From Flavobacteriaceae bacterium (GTDB lineage: Bacteria > Bacteroidota > Bacteroidia > Flavobacteriales > Flavobacteriaceae), in the NCBI GenBank assembly GCA_034110725.1, contig JAWUYQ010000068.1:1-59965 (forward strand): 59,965 nucleotides of DNA, given 5' to 3'. Position 1 is the first letter of the stretch. Each line of letters opens with the position of its first letter. The translations under genes were made by a program, and so were the position numbers. Positions 56,534 to 59,965 of this stretch are shown piece by piece. Under the pieces are notes generated by a model. The model did no database searches. It was not told where the DNA came from and saw only the letters and a list, made by a program, of their open reading frames with translations.

Positions 56534-58288
56534 TTATGCTTTTAAATCTAATTGTAAACTTAACTCTTTTAATTGCTCTTTATTCAAAGGAGCAGGAGCG
56601 TCAATCATAACATCTCTTCCTGAATTGTTTTTAGGGAAAGCAATGAAATCTCTAATGGTTTCCTGCCCTCCTAAAATAGCAACTAATCTATCTAGTCCGA
56701 AAGCTAACCCTCCGTGTGGTGGTGCTCCATATTCAAAAGCATCCATTAAGAACCCAAATTGTGCTCTAGCATCCTCATCTGAAAAACCTAAATGTCTTAA
56801 CATGGTTGCTTGAATTTCTTTATCGTGAATTCTGATAGATCCTCCACCAATTTCATTTCCGTTCAATACTAAATCGTATGCGTTTGCTTTTACTTCTCCA
56901 GGTTTAGTAGCTAATAATTCTAACTGACCTGGTTTAGGTGATGTAAACGGGTGATGCATTGCGTGGTAATGTCCAGTTTCTTCATCAAGCTCTAATAATG
57001 GGAAATCAATTACCCATAATGGAGCAAATACTTTAGGGTCTCTTAATCCTAAACGTTCTGCCATTTCCATACGTAAAGCACTTAATTGTGCACGTACTTT
57101 AGTAATACCTCCTGATAATACACAGATTAAATCACCTGCTTTAGCACCAGTTTTTTCAGCCCAATTTTTTAAATCTTCTTGATCGTAAAATTTATCTACC
57201 GATGATTTAAAAGTACCATCTTCATTGCATTTTACGTATATCATACCAAGTGCGCCAACTTGCGGACGACGAACCCAGTCAATTAATTTATCTATTTCTT
57301 TTCTAGTATAAGATGCTGCTCCAGGAACTGCAATACCAACAACTAATTCAGCATCGTTAAATACTTTAAATTCTTTGTGTTGCGTTACTTCGTTCAATTC
57401 TCCAAATTCCATTCCAAAACGGATGTCTGGTTTGTCGTTTCCGTACAAACGCATTGCATCGTCATATAACATTCTTGGGAATTTCTCTACCTCAACATTA
57501 TTAACTTCTTTTAATAAATGACGTGTTAATCCTTCAAAGATGTTTAAGATATCCTCTTGCTCAACAAATGCCATTTCACAGTCAATTTGTGTGAATTCTG
57601 GTTGTCTGTCAGCACGTAAATCTTCATCTCTAAAGCATTTTACAATTTGGAAATATTTATCCATTCCACCAACCATCAACAATTGCTTGAAAGTTTGTGG
57701 AGATTGTGGTAACGCGTAAAATTGCCCTTCATTCATACGAGAAGGTACTACGAAATCACGTGCTCCTTCTGGAGTAGATTTGATTAAATATGGTGTTTCA
57801 ACTTCAATAAATTCTTGATCAGACAAGTATTTACGAACTTCCATCGCTACTTTATGACGGAACATCAAGCTGTTTTTTACCGGATTACGACGAATATCTA
57901 AATAACGATATTTCATACGTAATTCCTCACCACCATCAGTTTCATCTTCAATAGTAAATGGAGGCAGCTTAGCTTCGTTTAATATTTCTAATTTAGAAAC
58001 CAAAACCTCTACATCACCAGTAGCCATTTTTGCGTTTTTAGATTCACGCTCAATAACAGTTCCTGTAATTTGGATAACAAACTCTCTACCAAGAGATTTT
58101 GCTTTCTCCATCATGTCAACAGGAGTACGTTCTTCATCAAAAATAAGTTGTGTAATTCCGTAACGATCACGTAAATCTACCCAAATCATAAACCCCTTAT
58201 CTCTAGATTTTTGAACCCAACCTGAAAGGGTTACTTCTGTATTTATATGTGATGCAGTTAATTCACCGCAATTATGACTTCTGTACAT
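56534..58288 (-). CDS. aspS: aspartate--tRNA ligase
   Basis: OB fold, class IIb core with the bacterial insertion domain, and motifs [16 protein letters not shown] and GLAFGLDRL. Confidence 0.95.
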   Translation of the reverse strand: MYRSHNCGELTASHINTEVTLSGWVQKSRDKGFMIWVDLRDRYGITQLIFDEERTPVDMMEKAKSLGREFVIQITGTVIERESKNAKMATGDVEVLVSKLEILNEAKLPPFTIEDETDGGEELRMKYRYLDIRRNPVKNSLMFRHKVAMEVRKYLSDQEFIEVETPYLIKSTPEGARDFVVPSRMNEGQFYALPQSPQTFKQLLMVGGMDKYFQIVKCFRDEDLRADRQPEFTQIDCEMAFVEQEDILNIFEGLTRHLLKEVNNVEVEKFPRMLYDDAMRLYGNDKPDIRFGMEFGELNEVTQHKEFKVFNDAELVVGIAVPGAASYTRKEIDKLIDWVRRPQVGALGMIYVKCNEDGTFKSSVDKFYDQEDLKNWAEKTGAKAGDLICVLSGGITKVRAQLSALRMEMAERLGLRDPKVFAPLWVIDFPLLELDEETGHYHAMHHPFTSPKPGQLELLATKPGEVKANAYDLVLNGNEIGGGSIRIHDKEIQATMLRHLGFSDEDARAQFGFLMDAFEYGAPPHGGLAFGLDRLVAILGGQETIRDFIAFPKNNSGRDVMIDAPAPLNKEQLKELSLQLDLKA

Positions 58289-58313
58289 AGTGCTATTTTA
58301 TAAGTTGCAAAAA

Positions 58314-58346
58314 TAAAAAATCCGAAGCAAAGACTTCGGATTTTTT
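58314..58346 (-). terminator. rho-independent terminator after the RND permease gene
   Basis: 8-bp stem 58319-58326/58333-58340 (ATCCGAAG/CTTCGGAT) flanked by A5 and T6. Confidence 0.7.
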
Positions 58347-58364
58347 TGTTTAATTCATTTATTG

Positions 58365-59965
58365 TTATTCTTCTACTACCAAATTAGATATTTCTATCTC
58401 TTCTTTTGATGAATTTTTACCTTTTAACCACATTTTAAATCTAGTAGTTAAATAAAATAAGATTGGTACCACAATTAGTGTTAAGAATGTTGCGATAAAT
58501 AACCCATAAATTACAGTCCATGCTAATGGCCCCCAAAAGATAACATTATCCCCTCCAACATATATATTAGGATTGAACTCACTAAACAAAGTAAAGAAGT
58601 TAATGTTGAATCCTGTAGCTAGCGGAATTAATCCTAAAATGGTTGTAATTGCTGTTAAGAATACTGGACGTAAACGTGCGTTTCCTCCTTTAATAATTTC
58701 CTCAAGAAGTACACTATTAGCAATATAATCACCATCACCTAAATTATGTTCTATCTTTTTTCTGTCTATTAATAATTGAGTGTAATCAAGTAGTACAACT
58801 CCGTTATTTACTACAATTCCTGCTAGAGAAATAATTCCCATCATGGTCATCATAATAACAAAATACCTACCTGTTGCTACAATACCACCAAATACACCAA
58901 TTAGACTTAAGAAAATTGCTAACATGATGATTCCTGGTTTTGAAACCGAATTAAATTGGAATATTAATATGAAAAAGATTAAACCTAAGCCTGTAAAAAA
59001 AGCACCCATTAAAAAGAGCATTTGTTTGTTCTGCTCTTCTATTTGACCTGTATAATCAATTTTTACAGTATCTGGTTTTTCTTTAAAACTTTGCATTTCG
59101 TTTTGAATTTGCGAAACAATAGCATTTGCATCAGTATATCCTGGTGCTAATGCAGAATATAAGGTTACTACACGTTTAATATCTTTATGCTTTATTGCAC
59201 TAAAACCAGAAGAATTATTTTGTTTAGCAACTGCTGAAACAGGAACTTCTTTTATTTGGCCAGAAGCCATATCTCTAAACGTGATTTTTTGATTAAAAAG
59301 GGCACTTGTATTATATCTGTTTTCTTTATTAAAACGGACGTAGATATCATAATCTTCGCCATCTTCTTTATAAACACCTGCTTTTGCTCCAAAAATAGAG
59401 TTACGTAATTGTTGTCCTACTTGAGCCGAACTAACACCTAATTCACCAGCTTTTTTTCTGTCTACTTGTACTTGTATCCCAGGTTTAGATTTGTTAACAT
59501 CAATTTTTAACTGATCTATACCTTGAATGTTTTTGGTGTTTATAAAATCACGCATTTTTTCGGCAGTAGCAATAAGTTCTGAATAATCTTCACCTTCTAA
59601 CTCTACATTAATAGGGTATCCAGCTGGTGGCCCAGCAGCATCTTTTTCTACAGAAATAGATACACCAGGATAAACATCTTTTAAATCCTCTTGTATTTTT
59701 CTTAATAACTCATTACTATCTTCACCTTGCCTAAATTTAAATTCACGCATGGTTGCGGTTATTTTTCCTCGATGTGGCATTTCTGCAGCAGAACCACCAT
59801 CAGTCTGAGGGTTTCCAGCACCTTCACCTACTTGAGATACAGCGCTTTCTGTTAGGAAATTATGGCCGTCTTGAACATAAGTACTTTCATTAATAACCTT
59901 AAACATTCGCTCTTCAATAGCTTTGGTAATTGCATTGGTTTTTTTAATATCTGTACCTTCTGGAT
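58365..59965 (-). CDS. AcrB/CzcA-type RND efflux permease, C-terminal half; the 5' end lies outside the window
   Basis: The frame stays open beyond the tracked Met to the window edge (...PEGTDIKKTNAITKAIEERMFKV...). It contains a periplasmic porter subdomain followed by the C-terminal 5-6 TM bundle. Confidence 0.85.
   Translation of the reverse strand, partial: PEGTDIKKTNAITKAIEERMFKVINESTYVQDGHNFLTESAVSQVGEGAGNPQTDGGSAAEMPHRGKITATMREFKFRQGEDSNELLRKIQEDLKDVYPGVSISVEKDAAGPPAGYPINVELEGEDYSELIATAEKMRDFINTKNIQGIDQLKIDVNKSKPGIQVQVDRKKAGELGVSSAQVGQQLRNSIFGAKAGVYKEDGEDYDIYVRFNKENRYNTSALFNQKITFRDMASGQIKEVPVSAVAKQNNSSGFSAIKHKDIKRVVTLYSALAPGYTDANAIVSQIQNEMQSFKEKPDTVKIDYTGQIEEQNKQMLFLMGAFFTGLGLIFFILIFQFNSVSKPGIIMLAIFLSLIGVFGGIVATGRYFVIMMTMMGIISLAGIVVNNGVVLLDYTQLLIDRKKIEHNLGDGDYIANSVLLEEIIKGGNARLRPVFLTAITTILGLIPLATGFNINFFTLFSEFNPNIYVGGDNVIFWGPLAWTVIYGLFIATFLTLIVVPILFYLTTRFKMWLKGKNSSKEEIEISNLVVEE

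Noticed and set aside
1-59965. Mobile elements, prophage, defence islands, rRNA or tRNA genes
   Set aside because: No transposase, integrase, restriction, Cas or toxin-like ORF appears in the six-frame track. No GC-rich tRNA- or rRNA-like stretch or long inverted terminal repeats were noticed. The only long repeats are the carbonic anhydrase cores and the HMA coding duplication.

Overview
AT-rich chromosomal segment that looks like a Flavobacteriia (Bacteroidota) genome. Supporting signs are gldE/gldD gliding genes, rpoN, TAnnTTTG-type -7 promoter boxes, lipoprotein signal peptides, and an NrdB carrying an N-terminal ATP-cone. All calls come from reading the supplied translations and the DNA by eye; no similarity search was run, and all motif coordinates are hand-derived.

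Most of the window is housekeeping:
- mutY (partial), ssb, pheS, nrdBA, rpoN, asnS, aspS, dgt, a cold-shock protein
- frr, pyrH, tsf, rpsB, rpsI, rplM
- peptidases of the M16 (a pair), S41 and M1 families

I found no rRNA, tRNA, CRISPR array, transposase, integrase or phage gene.

Four regions are worth a second look:
1. 40.6-47.0 kb holds two tandem cassettes. Each encodes a small membrane-anchored acidic protein ending in LPPPE, a SulP anion transporter and a beta-carbonic anhydrase. The two transporters are old paralogs, but the anhydrase cores are about 90% identical in DNA, which suggests gene conversion. The second mini-gene carries an in-frame TAA.
2. 32.2-40.4 kb is a contiguous minus-strand phosphate block: porin, pstSCAB, phoU and a PiT fused to a PhoU-like tail. 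Two of its promoters have identical geometry, with tandem TAACATT boxes 11 bp apart and 8 nt upstream of a TTATTTG element. I read this as a candidate Pho box. A similar tandem lies upstream of a beta-helix-like lipoprotein gene next to a TonB-dependent receptor.
3. 14999-15718 encodes a heavy-metal-associated (HMA) domain lipoprotein with a Cys/Lys/Ala-rich tail built from a 135-bp tandem duplication.
4. Several repeat arrays or orphan promoter/terminator pairs sit in intergenic regions.

No candidate defence or mobile system is evident. The mini-protein/SulP/carbonic anhydrase module is the best candidate for something undescribed.
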